Shown here: piece after piece, positions 24,924 through 39,490 of the stretch | Numbering within the stretch: the stretch's first letter is position 1 | Layout of the letters: every line of letters starts with the position of its first letter | NCBI RefSeq assembly: GCF_006345805.1 | Contig: NC_043001.1 | Location: forward strand, 65,906,001 to 65,970,000 | Direction: 5' to 3' | DNA: 64,000 nucleotides | Source: Octopus sinensis | Lineage: Eukaryota | Notes under the pieces: model-generated | The model's database searches: none | Told to the model about the DNA's origin: nothing | Seen by the model: only the letters and a program-made list of their open reading frames with translations | Translations under genes and position numbers: made by a program

Positions 24924-26246
24924 ATATATATATATGTATAATTTATAGGTGCAGTTATGGATGTGTGTGGTAAGAAGCTACCTTGCCAACCACACGGTTC
25001 CCACTATGTGAGGTCTTCGGCAAGTGTTTTCTACTCTAGCTTTGAACCGATCAATGCCTTGTGAGTGGATCTGATTGCCGGAAACTGGAAGAAGCCAGTC
25101 GCGTATGTTTGTATGTATGCATGTATGTATGTAAGGGCACTGATTAGCACCAGTGCCATTATTCACTTTAGTGGCGTATATAGTTTTGTCTTTAGGTTGT
25201 AAAATTGCAAATTATCCCACTATATATACATATGTGTGTATGTGTGTGTATGTGCTTATGTCCCCGTAAATTAGCGATAGAATGAGTACTATGCTTACAA
25301 AGAATAAGACCTGGGGTTGATTTCCTCAACTATAACCATTTAAGGCGGTGCTCAAGCATGGTTACACATATGCATGCATATACACGCACGTACACACACT
25401 TCTACACACATTCACACGCACATAGATACAAACATTCCTACACGCACACACGTACACACTCACACACATATATATACAGAGAGCGACAGAGTGACAGAGA
25501 GAGAGACACACACACACACGCACCCATACGCATGGGCACGCACATACACACATGCACATTCCCATTCCGTCTACGCACACATGACTACGCACCCATGCCA
25601 ACATGCACACACATCCATTTACACACCGTTCAGACAACGTACCTACACACACTCTATCTCACACCACTCTCCCTCTCTCCCTCTCATGCATGCACACTCA
25701 CACGCACACACATATGCACACAGACACATGCACACACACACAGATGAACGCACATATACATCAACACACACCACCGTCCACACACACACACACAACGCAC
25801 ACACACATGCACGCATATACATTCACCTACATACACTTCCACACTCACTCACAGGCACATAGACACACACGCACATCCACACACGCCCACATATACAGAG
25901 AGAGACAGACAGACAGTGACACAGAGTGAAACACACACGCTACTACACACACACTACTACACATACACACTCTCTTCTCCCAGAAAGCACTTTTTGTGTT
26001 TCTCCTTCTACTCCCGGTCACTTCGGAAATGTAACCCACGTGGATTATTGGCTATTGCTTTCCTCCTTCTGCTATCTTCCCTTTAGACATCCCTGTTTTT
26101 CCTATTTCCGAAGAGAGCTATGCTCAAAACGTAAAACAAATTACTCTTTTCCTTTTCCGTGCATCATATTAATACTTTCCTTGCGCTACGTCCTCTCTTT
26201 GTTCTTTTGTTTTCTTGTTTATCCTTTTTCTCTGTTCTTTAATTGG

Positions 26247-26322
<76 letters not shown>

Positions 26323-26959
26323 TAAATGAAATAAAACATATGCATATATATAAACATATATGTACGTACCTACCTCTACATGTACATATACACGCATATA
26401 TGAGTACAGGACACCAAAGGGACGTCGAACACAAAGAGAAACGAAAACATAGACAAAACCAAAGGAACTGGACATTTTTTTAAAAACAACAAAAAATGGA
26501 GTACAGGACAATTAACACAAAGAAAAAACCCCTTCTTCAGTCGCTATGGTTTCATCTACTCTACGTTTCGAAGGATAAAAGCGAGACGTATCTTCGACAA
26601 GAAACTTTCCTTCCTGCGAAAGCAAATCAATTAAAATTCTGAGATCTTTTCGCAGATATATTTCTATATACACGCACACATACACACACATACGTACATA
26701 TCCACGAACGCACATATACCTCCAACACACACCACACACACATACTTCCACACACATACACATACGCATACATACACACACACCCACATATACCTCCAAC
26801 GCACACAATGCACATACAGATACGCACACAATTACACACACATGGGCACAAACACACACGCACATACACGCACACACGCACATACACGCACACACGCACG
26901 TAAGCACGCGCACACAAGCACACGCATGCACCCACATACACACAGGTACGCACATATTT

Positions 26960-27433
<474 letters not shown>

Positions 27434-27434
27434 C

Positions 27435-28215
27435 AGTTGTTTTATTTTTATAACGTGCTTTCACTTCACAACCAAGCGCAGTTCTGTATGCCTTAGGTAT
27501 TTGCTGTGATTTGCTGCGATGCTCTTATGATTACTGTATTGAAAGTGCGCAGTAGTGCAATTTTCTGTATGCTATATATGTTTTTAAGTCCTGGTGTCTT
27601 TGTTATGTATTTGTCTGAATATTTTTTTATCATACTTAATGCGCCCTCTATGATAGGAATTGTTTTTGTTTTAGATCCCACATTCGAGTTACCTCTATTT
27701 CCTGGTCCTTGTATTTTGAATGTTTCTCCATTTCTTTTAGAGAAACGTTGTCATCAATTAGAAAGCATTTTTTTCATGATCTCTAATAACTATATCTGGT
27801 CTATTGGCCTTAATTTCTCTATCTGTGTGTATTGGTATATCCCAATGGTTGCTTTCTCGTTTTCTGTGACCTTTTCTGGCGTGTGCTTATACCATCTTTT
27901 TTCAGTTGTTATTCCATAGTGTTGGCATAACTTCCAGTGTATGTAGGTCCCAACTCTGTCGTGTCTGTGAATATATTCCTTCTTAGGCAGGACTGGGCAG
28001 CCAGAGATAATATGATTTATTGTTTCTTCTCCATCTCCACATATTCTGCAGTTACTTATTATGTTTCGTTTCATTATATGATTTTGGTAATTTCTGGTGG
28101 GGAGGCTTTAGTCTTGTGATGCAATTAAAAATCCTTAAGTCTGTGCTTCGAGTCCTGAGCTTCTCAACCATTGTTGGGATTTTTTGTCTATTTCTTTCGC
28201 GTTTAGTTTAGCCCA
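27435..28215 (-). mobile_element. R4/Dong-like LINE 3' fragment (CCHC plus REL endonuclease)
   Basis: CRICGDGEETINHIISGC...RHDRVGTYIHW...KTIPIIEGAL..IQKIALL; (TAA)n tail at 27366-27432. Confidence 0.88.
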
Positions 28216-28255
28216 GTATTTGCTATTCATCATCATCATCATCATCATCATCATT

Positions 28256-28330
<75 letters not shown>

Positions 28331-28886
28331 GAGCGAGAGAGCAGTGCATGCCATCAAAGTGACACTGGGGTAAAATATACGAAGCCCAGTATACCCATCA
28401 TGACTACCCGTCTGATAAGGGTACACTAGGCACATGCATCACAACCATATGTGTGCGATATGGTAATCTCATATCAAGATAAACAGCACATGACCTTGTA
28501 GGAGGGGCCCAGTTAGAATTTTCTTCTGGTCGAGTAGCCCATCCCGCTCAAAAGGTCCCTGAATAAAGGTTGTTTAAGGCTGTTGAACGAACCACCCATG
28601 TTTCCAGAGGTGAATTAGTCAAACCCCAAAGAAACCCTCTCAACACATGGCTATGATGCTCCCCCACTACTTCTGCTCGTGATCAGAGATGCACATATCA
28701 TCAGCCATTAAGGGACATACTCAACTGGATAAGGTCAAACAACTGACAAGCAAATCTGTGGTATTGAGCAGAATATTTGCTGTAGCCAATCTTTTATACC
28801 AAGAGAAAACAATGTACATGATAACACTTCCAATCAGTTAAGATCAGAAGCCATGTGAGCCACTGCCTGGTACTGCATTAGGGCAT
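28331..28886 (-). mobile_element. ~556 bp non-coding (TAA)n-associated retroposon, copy 1
   Basis: Highly similar to three other copies; both flanks are trinucleotide repeats; stuttered end-duplications at 28887-28978. Confidence 0.85.
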
Positions 28887-29030
28887 ACGAGAGCCACTGC
28901 CTGGTACTGCATCAGGGCATAGATTACTGCATCAAGGCATTGGTACTGCATCAAGGCATTGGTACTGCATCAGGGCATCATCATCATCATCCTCATCATT
29001 ATCAATATTATTATTATTATTATTATTATT

Positions 29031-29587
29031 GAGTGAGAGAGCAGTGCATGCCATCAAAGTGACACTGGGGTAAAATATACGAAGCCCAATATACCCATCA
29101 TGAATACCCGTCTGATAAGGGTACACCAGGCACATGCATCACAACCATATGTGCGCGACATGGTGATTTCATATCAAGATAAACAGCACATGACCTTGCA
29201 GGTGGGGGCCCAGTTAGAATTTTCTTCAGGTTGAGTAGCCCATCCCGCTCAAAAGTTCCCTGAATAAGGGTTGTTTAAGGATGTTGAAAGAACCACCCAT
29301 GTTTCCAGAGGTGAATTATCCAAACCCCAAAGGATCCCTCTCAACACATGGCTATGATGCTCCCCCACTACTTCTGCTCGTGATCAGAGATGCACATATC
29401 GTCAGCCACTAAGGGACATGCTCAACTGGTTAAGGTAAAACAACTGTCAAGCAAATCTGTGGTATTGAGCAGAATATTTGCTGTAGCCCATCTTTTATAC
29501 CAAGACAAAACAATGTACATGATAACACTTCCAATCAGTTAAGATCAGTAGCCATGAGAGCCACTGCCTGGTACTGCATCAGGGCAT
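29031..29587 (-). mobile_element. ~556 bp non-coding retroposon, copy 2
   Basis: gagtgagagagcagtgcatgcc...gtactgcatcagggcat flanked by (tta)n. Confidence 0.85.
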
Positions 29588-29630
29588 TTTATTATTATTA
29601 TTATTATAATTATTATTATTACTATTATTA

Positions 29631-29677
<47 letters not shown>

Positions 29678-29698
29678 TATTATTATTATTATTATTAA

Positions 29699-29744
<46 letters not shown>

Positions 29745-29749
29745 TTTAC

Positions 29750-29825
<76 letters not shown>

Positions 29826-31584
29826 GACTATCGTAGTCTGTATGCGTCATTTTTGTTTCGTTCCGAACCTCGAATACATTTCAAGCATTACCGATCGAAA
29901 TTTGTTTTCTTTGGAGTAACTGCCAGTAAAGATTTTATTTAGCTGTGGATGTCTTTCTCCGATACGCGTGGGAAGATGCAAAAAGGTATATAACCATGTG
30001 TAGAGATTTCATATTGTATTTGGTCGTGCAATGTGAGGCCATTTCATATCAATATGTCGACTAGATTCGTTTCCCAAGAAACTTACAGAACAAATACAAA
30101 CAGGACACAAACAGAATTTACATCATAAAATTGATATTGACGGTAAAATGAAAAATAGAATAACATTTAATAGAATAAGAAATAATTTCGAACAGGTGCA
30201 CAGATATTTTCAACGACAGTAATAACAGCACATGTATTACTATACGCTAGTTTTGCCCATATCGTCACACACAGAGTGTTTTTAAACTTGACAATCTTTC
30301 CAGAAAAAATGGGAGAAATCTGTTAAACAGGTGTCTCTTTGCCCCAGTGTAAGAGATAGAAAAGAGAGGTAAAAAAAAGACATGTTGCTATATTATAAAG
30401 GATGGTGGCATTTTTTTCATACTACAGGAGATATTTGGAAATGATCTCTCGATTAAAGAGTAAGATTTATGGAAGTGTATGCTGTACTTGTAAGATGAAA
30501 GACTCGGCGAAAACCCATATTGATTATAGAAGCACATTGTTTTCCACATGTCTTTTAAGGAATGGAGTTACATTTTAGATGCAAAATCTGTTTTATGCCT
30601 GCATTTTCAACTGTAGAAGTGTCGCTTTGCCATCTGATTGTCATAGCCCTGTCACCTACTCGGACGTGATTGACAAATCTGTGCATATTATTACAGAAGT
30701 CGTTGCACAACATGAAACATAAACAAAATAAGAAATATACATTCATGTTCACAAATACTACTATATTCAGAATATGGAGACTGTACACAGCTTTCTTGCG
30801 TAGACATCAATACTTCTTTTAAACGCTTTTTTTTTGTCACACCGTATTACGCAGATTATTAAGAACCATCTAATTTATTTCATGCCCCAGAAAAATGTTC
30901 TTTCTATCTGTATAAACTTAAATTTTAATTATCTATTCTGCCTGCTTTATTGCTATCAGGTTGTCATTAAATTCTAAATTCCAGTGCTCCCACATAATCA
31001 AAGTAAAGATATCTTTCATTTACCGACAATTTTACCTGCAGTTATCGCTACTCAATGCATTTAGTCGGGTCTTTTAGTTTCTTCTTGTTGTTATGATCTT
31101 GCACATGTGTTGTGACTAACATTAGTTTTCAATGAACCCCACCCAGACATGTGATAGTGAATTTTGCATCTTGGGAACATCATAGTTTTTTAATTCAGTT
31201 TTACATCTTAATCTTGAAACTCTGCCATTTAAAATCCTTTGAAATATTTCGAGTTGTTGCTTCTACGATTCCTTTTTTTCTTTTGCACCATATTGTTCTA
31301 GTCTATTTTATGTTAGGTGATACGTTAGTCATCATAATTACAGCTATTAGCAATTAAATGTATGTACAGAAGCAAAGGTACATATATGCTTCTAAGACAA
31401 AATGGGAATTACCTTACTTTACACTAATTGAGTATATGGAGGGGGAGATAGAGGCATGTAGGATGGCAGAAACCGTAAAATGTAGAAATAATGTTTTATT
31501 ATTTAGCAACACCACGTTAATCTCTCAGTTTGAATCCCGAGAGATCAATAGATCCGAAATTTTTGACATTGTAAGCAATTTTTT

Positions 31585-31742
31585 CATCACCATCATCATC
31601 ATCATCATCGTCGTCGTCGTCGTCGTCGTCGTCATCATCATCATTGTCATCATCATTATCATCATCATTATTATTATCATTATTATTATCATTATTATTA
31701 TCATTATTATTATCATTATTATCATTACTATCATTATTATCA

Positions 31743-31819
<77 letters not shown>

Positions 31820-31918
31820 GTTGTCGTCGTCGTCGTCGTCATCATCATCATTATTATTATCATTATTATTATTATCATTATTATTATCATTATTATTATT
31901 ATTATCATTATTATTATT

Positions 31919-31953
<35 letters not shown>

Positions 31954-32000
31954 TATCATCATCATCATTATTATTATTATTATTATTATCATCATCATCA
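31585..32000. repeat. Compound (ATC/ATT/GTC)n microsatellite, ~415 bp
   Basis: Seen directly. Similar tracts at 27329-27432, 29588-29826 and 34764-34939. Confidence 0.97.
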
Positions 32001-32001
32001 T

Positions 32002-34750
32002 ATGTTTGACTTTTGCTTCATATTTGTACAATTTGGATCCAAGTCTCACCCAGAGACCTCAAGCGACAACAGATTGGAAGTTCGTGTTGTTGTTATGCCT
32101 AGTGTGCCATATATTTGATTTTGTATTTAGTGTTGTACTAGTGAATGTCTAAAAAAAAACATACGAAGATTATGTTTGTTTTAAACCTTGAGATTACATA
32201 GAAAGTATTTTGCGTAGGATATGAGCAGTTCCCATGAGCACTATCTTTTGAATTTCTGCCATTTCGGGGTTTCCTGGTTTCTGAGTTAGGTAGCAATCTG
32301 CCCCTTTTGCTATCATTCCCAGGGCACCTATGACAACAGGTATTGTTTTAGTCTTCAGGTTCCACATTTTACTGATTTCTATTTCATGATCTTTATATTT
32401 GCTCAGTTTTTGGTAGATCTTGACAGATACGTTTATATCGATTGGGGCAGTCATATCAATGAGGAGGCATGTTCTTTGTCTGAAGTCTTTCAATATGATG
32501 TCTGGCATATTTGCATCTATCTTTCTGTCAGTTTGAATGGGGAGGTTCCAGAGGAGTGAGATGTGGTCATTTTCAAGCACTGGAGGTGATTTGTGTTCCT
32601 ACCATTTTTTTTCATGGGGCAAATCCAGGTTTTTGCAGATTACCCAGTGAATATATTGTGAAGCTCTATCATGCCTGTTGAGATACTCTGTAGGCGCTAG
32701 AAGACTGCACTTGGAAACAAAATGATCAATGGTTTCATTTTGTTGTTGACATACACGACATGTTGGGCTACTGCCGTTCTTTAATATGTTGGCCTGGTAG
32801 TTCCTTGTTGGTAGGCATTGATCTTGAGCTGCTATGATAAACTCTTCTGTTTCAGATTTTAAGCCAGAGGCCATTAGCCATTGATGGGTCAGGGCTTTGT
32901 CAACATCTGCATTATTCACTCTCTTTGTGTATTTGCCATTGAGAGGTTTTTCTTGCCATTTATCATTCAGAATATCTAAGGCCTTAGTTTTAGCACGGGT
33001 TTTCATGCGCTTAGCTTTTTCTGTGCTTGTTTCTTGTATGTCTAATTCCGAAATTTGTCGTGTTCGGAATTCACTTAGATATTCCTTTGCCTGTTTTGTT
33101 ACTGAGTATGATGCTTTCTTGAGTTCATGTTTTGAGACAAGTTTTAACATCCAGTCCTCAAAGTTTTTCAGGTAGGTGTCTAGGCCAATTGTAGCAATCT
33201 TCATTGTTATTGCCAGTTGTAAAAGTCTACGGTCTCCCTCTTTTCTTGGCAGATAAAGTCGTTCTATATCTGCCTTAGGGTGGTGCATTCTATGCATTGT
33301 CAACAGTTTTCGTATTTTTCTGTCAAGATTACATATTTCAGTAATTGACCAGTTAACAATATTGAAACTGTAAGACACGACTGGTATGGCTAAAGCATTG
33401 ATCGCTTCGATCCTGTTTCTCGCATTCAGCTCTGTCTTGAGTATTGCTCTTACTCTGCGATAACATTCTCTCCTGATTCTTTCCTTCATCACTGAATGCC
33501 TTATTCCGTCCCCTTCAATTACCCCTAGGTAGTTGTAGCTCTCCGCTGGGTCTAATTATTTTATGACATTCTGCTGGTCAAGGTTAACGTTAGATGTTTC
33601 TGTCATTTTTCCTTTGATAAAGGTAGCTTTTTCACATTTATAGAGGCCAAATTGCATTCTGATGTCATCACTGAATTGTTTGACAATCGCTAGTAAGCCC
33701 TTGAGTTGTTGGTCATTTTTTGCAAAGAGCTTTAAATCATCCAATCAAATGAGATGATTTATATTTTTATCAAACATTTTATATCCGTACTGCGCGTCAT
33801 TGAGCAATTTTGAGAGAGGTATTAAGGCTAGACAAAAGAGGAGTGGTGATAGTGAGTCACCCTGGAAAATGCCATATAGAATTTTTACATCACCAGCATT
33901 TAGAGATTCATTGTCACTGTTCAAAGTTAGTGTGGTTCTCCATGATCTCATACTTACAGACAACAAGTTTCGCAGAGGAGGTGCTATTTTATACATTTCC
34001 AGGCATTTCTTAATCCAGCTATGTGGTAGGCTATCAAAAGCCTTTTTATAGTCTATCCAGGCTATTGACAAGTTTTTGTGTCATTTGTGACAATCTTCTA
34101 AGATCATCTTATTGATGAGTAGTTGATCTTTACAACCATAGGATCCACGTTTACATCCTTTCTGTTCATTAGGAAATATGCTGCTGTCTGTTAAAAAACT
34201 ATAGGTATATTCCGTCATGACAGATGTTAGCGTTTTATACATAGTTGTTAAGCAGGTTATGGGTCTATAGTTTTTTGGTTCATTTGTTTCTTCACTTTTC
34301 GGAAACAGGAATGTTAAACCATTAACAAGCCAAGGAGGCATCCTACTAGGGTGTTGCAAAACATCATTGTAAAGTTCTGTTAGCAGTTCATGGCTCTCTG
34401 AGAAGGCATTCAACCAGAAGTTAGGAATATTATCCTTTCCTGGAGACTTCCATTTGCTTGACCTCCTGAGAGCAGATCTTATATCTTCTACCTTGACGAT
34501 CTCCCACTTTAGCTCTTCTAAGGAGTCCAGTTCTGTAGATATTCTATCAATCCAGTGGGCCTTTTCGTTATGTGCTTTTTCTTCTGCCCAAATTTTATTC
34601 CAAAATCCCTGCACTTCTTTTGATGGTACAGTCTTTACAGTAACTGTTGTTTTTCCTATCTTCCTGTAAACATTTTTGGGGTTATTTTTGAACATGTTTT
34701 TGTCTTTGAAGAATCTAACACGCTTTTCATACCTCGCTATGCGGGCAGCT
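32002..34750 (-). mobile_element. R4/Dong-like non-LTR retrotransposon (RT, CCHC, PD-D endonuclease), 5'-truncated, degraded
   Basis: YRPITCL, IAWIDYKKAFDSLPH, GIFQGDSLSPLLF, MDDLKL, CRVCQQQNETIDHFVSKC, RHD, PDIIL...IDM...KY; flanked by trinucleotide arrays. Confidence 0.93.
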
Positions 34751-34802
34751 TTAGCAGATACCTTTTATTATTATTATTTAGCAGATACCTATTATTATTA
34801 TT

Positions 34803-34844
<42 letters not shown>

Positions 34845-34851
34845 ATCATCA

Positions 34852-34939
<88 letters not shown>

Positions 34940-34940
<1 letters not shown>

Positions 34941-35335
34941 GACGTTGCACAGTATATGATTTCCTGAGGTTGTTGATTGAAAATATTGTGTCTACCGAGG
35001 TTTTCTTTTCTCTTCTCAGCTCTTTGGTTAAACTCTTCCTTGCCCATCATTTCACCTATATCTTTCGCGGTATATTGCAGCAGGTCTTCATCACTATTTA
35101 TCAAACACGGACCTCAGACAGGAAAACTCACTGCTTATTTTGCTGGATATGTTGGAAAGTGTCAGCTGTCCACAGCCAGCAGACTAAGGTGACACTTGTT
35201 TACTGGGCATGCTTCAAGAACCCTGCAAAGAATTCTTGCAGCTCCAATCAATGCTGATTTCTGTAGATGTTCTACCTTCACACTTGCATCAATCCTTTTC
35301 AGCCATGTTGCTAGTTAAATGCTGATACTTAAAAG
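34940..35335 (-). mobile_element. R4/Dong-like fragment duplicating part of the neighbouring copy
   Basis: INSDEDLLQYTAKDIGEMMGKEEFNQ versus INSDEDLLQYAAKDMGVLMGKEEFNQ at ~36200-36290. Confidence 0.75.
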
Positions 35336-35356
35336 TGCACCAATTACTATTATTAT

Positions 35357-38245
35357 TCCTTCGTAACACAGAGTAAGTAAAAATGCACCGGAGTCTTTAG
35401 TCATCTGTCAAGTTACAGCAAAGACCTGACAGAGAATACTTTCCTTAAGATGTGCACTGTACCCAATAAGGTTGCTTTTTTTACAAGACATCAATCTTTA
35501 ATGGGATTTCCAGTTACCTTAAGAAGTCTTGAATTTTCAATGGGATTGAGCCCAACGCTCTGATCACCACTGGTATCAGTTTTACATTACCCTCTTGTAT
35601 TCCATGCAGTCTTGCCATTTCCACTTTTCCATCGGAGTACATGGTGATCTTTTCAACCTCTTGACTCACAACATTCTTGTTATTTGGTATGGCAACATCA
35701 ATGATCTGGCAGTATTTGTCTCTCTTATTCAATATGACAATATCCAGCCGACGGTGTTCGATTACACGATCCTTCTGAATATCACTCCCAGAGTATCGTT
35801 ACTTTTCCATCCTCCTGCATAACTTTCCTTGGGACATTCTCATGCCAGTTCTCTGTTACTTCATATTGGTATTTACGACATATGAGCCAATGAAGATACA
35901 CCACTTTATCGTGGAGGCGCTTGTATTCTTTTTGTGCATTTACCAAGTGGGTCACATTTTCCACACTCTTTCGCAGAGTTTGCATTTCTGGGTGTCAGAA
36001 GTTTTATAGATGTTGTACTTCACTTAATTGGTAGCGAGAGCCTGGTCTTGTGCAGCAATGATCAGACTTTCGGTGGTACGCTTCAGATCACCCTGCTCAA
36101 GCTATGCCAACGATGCTGCATTGTCCTTAACGTTCTGTGTATTCCTTTGAAACTGTCCATGCATTCTCATTTCAAGAAGATTTTCATTTCTCTTCTCCTC
36201 AGTTGTTTGGTTAAACTCTTCCTTGCCCATCAATACACCCATATCTTTCGCGGCATATTGCAGCAGGTCTTCATCACTATTTATCAAATACTCGGCAAGC
36301 GTTCTCCTTTCACTCCTTAAAAAATGGTCTATACTCATTAGTCCTCTGCCACCATTCTTTCTTTTCATACAGAGTTTGTTTACCTTTGCTTTAGGGTATA
36401 GGGCCCCATGCAGCGTCATCAACTACCCAGATATTCATTGCGGTAATCAAATCTTTGGCATTTAGGTTGGATTTCAACACCATCTTCATCCGTTTTTGAT
36501 ACGCCTTGTTGACCTTGACTTTCATTTCTCTGTGTAGAATGTTATGCTGCAAAATCCCTAAATATTTATACCCACTACCATCGGGTTCGCCCATGGTCTC
36601 TCCTGATGGTAAGCGATATCCTCTGCAAGATGCTTTCTTCTCTCTTTTCATATTAAGTACTGAGCATTTGGTAATCCCAAATTCCATACCGATGTTTCTG
36701 CCACACTTCTGGACTGTTTTGGTTAAGGAATATATCTGTTTTTCAGATTTCCCAAACAGTTTTAGGTCATTCATAAACAGATGATTCAGTGATGGATCTT
36801 TCTTCCCATATCGGTAACTCATCTTAACTTTCCTAAGTGTCATTGTTATAGGCATTAGTACAATTACAAAAAGCAACGGAGAAAGCGAGTCACCTTGGAA
36901 GATTCCCCTTTTAGCATTAACTTCTCCAAGAAATACATTACTTGAGTACAACTTGGTTTTCTACTCTTTCATGCTACGTATCAAAAAAATTGTGATGTTG
37001 TCAGCAATACCAAACATCTGCAGGCATTCAACAATCCAAGAATGAGGCACCATATAATATGCCTCCTTAAATTCAATCCAAGCCATAGACATGTTTGTAT
37101 TATTTTCTTTTACAAAGCTTCAAATCTGTTTTTATCGATGACCAGGTGATCCTTGCTATCCTGAGAACTCTTCCTACATCAGTTTTGTTCGCTTGGTAGT
37201 ATTTCTTCCTGTGCCAGGAAAGTATGTCTTTGCCACACATATTTCAGTGAGTATCGTCCAGATTATGTTTAGGCATGCTATGGGAGGGTAGTGTCCCACA
37301 ATATTCCCCTTTCTTCTATCTTTCATTATAAGTGTTGGCCACCCAGTCAGCATTCACGCGGAGACTGTACCTTTCTGGACACACTCATTCAACTGGGCTG
37401 CTAGTCTTTCATGCACCGCGTGGCATATCTTCAGCCAGAAGCCAAGAATCCCATCTGGTCCAGGGGCTTTTCAGTTAGGCACTTTACCCACTTGTTCTTT
37501 CACATCAAACGTGCTTATGACAATATTGCTTTCTTTCTTCCTTGTAATTCTGTCTTGATAGTTGCTATCCGCATTTCATCCCTTTTATGCACCTCATTGT
37601 TTCCCCATTGTTTCCCATTGTTTCTCCAGAACTCCTTGGTTTGAATTGCATCAGGAGCAATATTTTTCCCATTGTCTCCTCACGCTTGTTAGAATTGCTT
37701 CGGGTTATTTTTGAACAATCTGTTCTCCTCGAACAACTTCTTTCTGTTCACAATTCTTCTGATCTTCTTGCTTTTTGCCATGATTCTCAGTTTTAACTGC
37801 TCTATTCCTGCATCAAACCCGTTCTTCCGTATTTTATATTTTTTCTCTAACTTTTCTCGGTTGGTCTTTTTCCCATTTTTCCACTTTTCTTTTAACCATT
37901 GCTCAATTTTTCCAGGATCTTGCGTAGCCCGCATTATGTCCCTTTCAATGCGTCGTTTCCACCATGGTTCTTTTGTTCCACCATTTTTTATTCTTTTAAG
38001 TTGTGATTTCTTCTCAACAAGTAGTGCAATAGCTTGGAGAAGATTCCTTGTTTGTGTTATGTTCTCCGTCTCGATGGCAGTATTTATCTTTTGTGTTACT
38101 TTATTAATTATGCTCCTATCTACCCTTCTCATATTCATGGGGATTTTTCTTCTGTAGCATTCATCAAGCCGATGAGTCGTCTTTGAATTTCAAGCCATTC
38201 CTTAACTAGTCGGTTCATTTCCCCCATTTCCCCTACACATCCATA
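35357..38245 (-). mobile_element. Second, divergent R4/Dong-like element, degraded
   Basis: KEPWWKRRIE N-terminal motif, GIFQGDSLSPLLF, LFMNDLKL, GGRGLMSI, RLHDKVV.YLHW, IIDVAIP. Confidence 0.9.
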
Positions 38246-38268
38246 TTATTATTGTTATTATTATTATT

Positions 38269-38824
38269 GAGTGAGAGAGCAGTTCATGCCATCAAAGTGA
38301 CACTGGGGTAAAATATACGAAGCCCAATATACCCATCATGACTACCCGTCTGATAAGGGCACACCAGGCACATGCATCACAACCATATGTGCGTGACATG
38401 GTGATCTCATATCAAGATAAACAGCACATGACCTTGCAGGTGGGGCCCAGTTAGAATTTTCTTCAGGTTGAGTAGCCCATCCAGCTCAAAAGGTCCCTGA
38501 ATAAGGGTTGTTTAAGGATGTTGAAAGAACCACCCATGTTTTCAGAGGTGAATTATTCAAACCCCAAAGAATCCCTCTCAACACATGGCTATGATGCTCC
38601 CCCACTACTTCTGCTCGTGATCAGAGATGCACATATCGTCAGCCACTAAGTGACATGCTCAACTGGTTAAGGTAAAACAACTGACAAGCAAATCTGTGGT
38701 ATTGAGCAGAATATTTGCTGTAGCCCATCTTTTATACCAAGACAAAACAATGTACATGATAACACTTCCAATCAGTTAAGATCAGAAGCCATGAGAGCCA
38801 TTGCCTGGTACTGCATCAGGGCAT
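38269..38824 (-). mobile_element. ~556 bp non-coding retroposon, copy 3
   Basis: Same sequence as 29031-29587; (tta)n flanks. Confidence 0.85.
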
Positions 38825-38887
38825 TTTATTATTATTATTATTATTGTTGTTGTTGTTATTGTTGTTGTTGTTATTATTATTATTATT

Positions 38888-39438
38888 GAGTGAGAGAGCA
38901 GTTCATGCCATCAAAGTGACACTGGGGTAAAATATACGAAGCCCAATATACCCATCATGACTACCCGTCTGATAAAGGTACACCAGGCACATGCATCACA
39001 ACCATATGTGCGCGACATGGTGATCTCATATCAAGATAAACAACACATGACCTTGCAGGTGGGGCCCAGTTAGAATTTTCATCAGGTTGAGTAGCCCATC
39101 CTGCTCAAACGGTCCCTGAATAAGGGTTGCTTTAGGATGTTGAACGAAACACCTATGTTTCCAGAGGTGAACCATTCAAACTCCAAAGAATCCCTCTCAA
39201 CACATGGCCATGATGCTCCCCCACTACTTCTGCTCGTGATCAGAGATGCACATATCGTCAGCCACTAAGGGACATGCTCAACTGGTTAAGGTCAAACAAC
39301 TGACAAGCAAACCTGTGGTATTGAGCAGAATATTTGCTGTAGCCCATCTTTTATACCAAGACAAAACAATGTACATGATAACACTTCCAGTCAGTTAAGA
39401 TCAGAAGCCATGAGAGCCACTGCCTGGTACTGCATCAG
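38888..39438 (-). mobile_element. ~556 bp non-coding retroposon, copy 4
   Basis: Same sequence; (tta)n flanks. An opposite-strand end fragment lies at ~62390-62441, followed by (aat)n. Confidence 0.85.
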
Positions 39439-39451
39439 ATTATTATTATTA

Positions 39452-39490
<39 letters not shown>

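Noticed and set aside
26520-26650. Permuted hammerhead in the repeat shared with ~895-1000
   Set aside because: GAAACGTA and CTGAAGA are present but stem I pairing is poor, and the other copy lacks the core.
31358-32152. 264 aa ORF with poly-Ile, and the opposite-strand poly-Met/Ile ORF
   Set aside because: Translation of the (ATC/ATT)n microsatellite; there is no coding evidence.
38730-38824. HDV-like ribozyme at the end of the 556 bp element
   Set aside because: Only a small hairpin is visible; the nested double pseudoknot could not be built by eye.
28331-39438. CRISPR-like or satellite array
   Set aside because: The units are long interspersed retroposons separated by microsatellites and LINEs, not short repeats with unique spacers.
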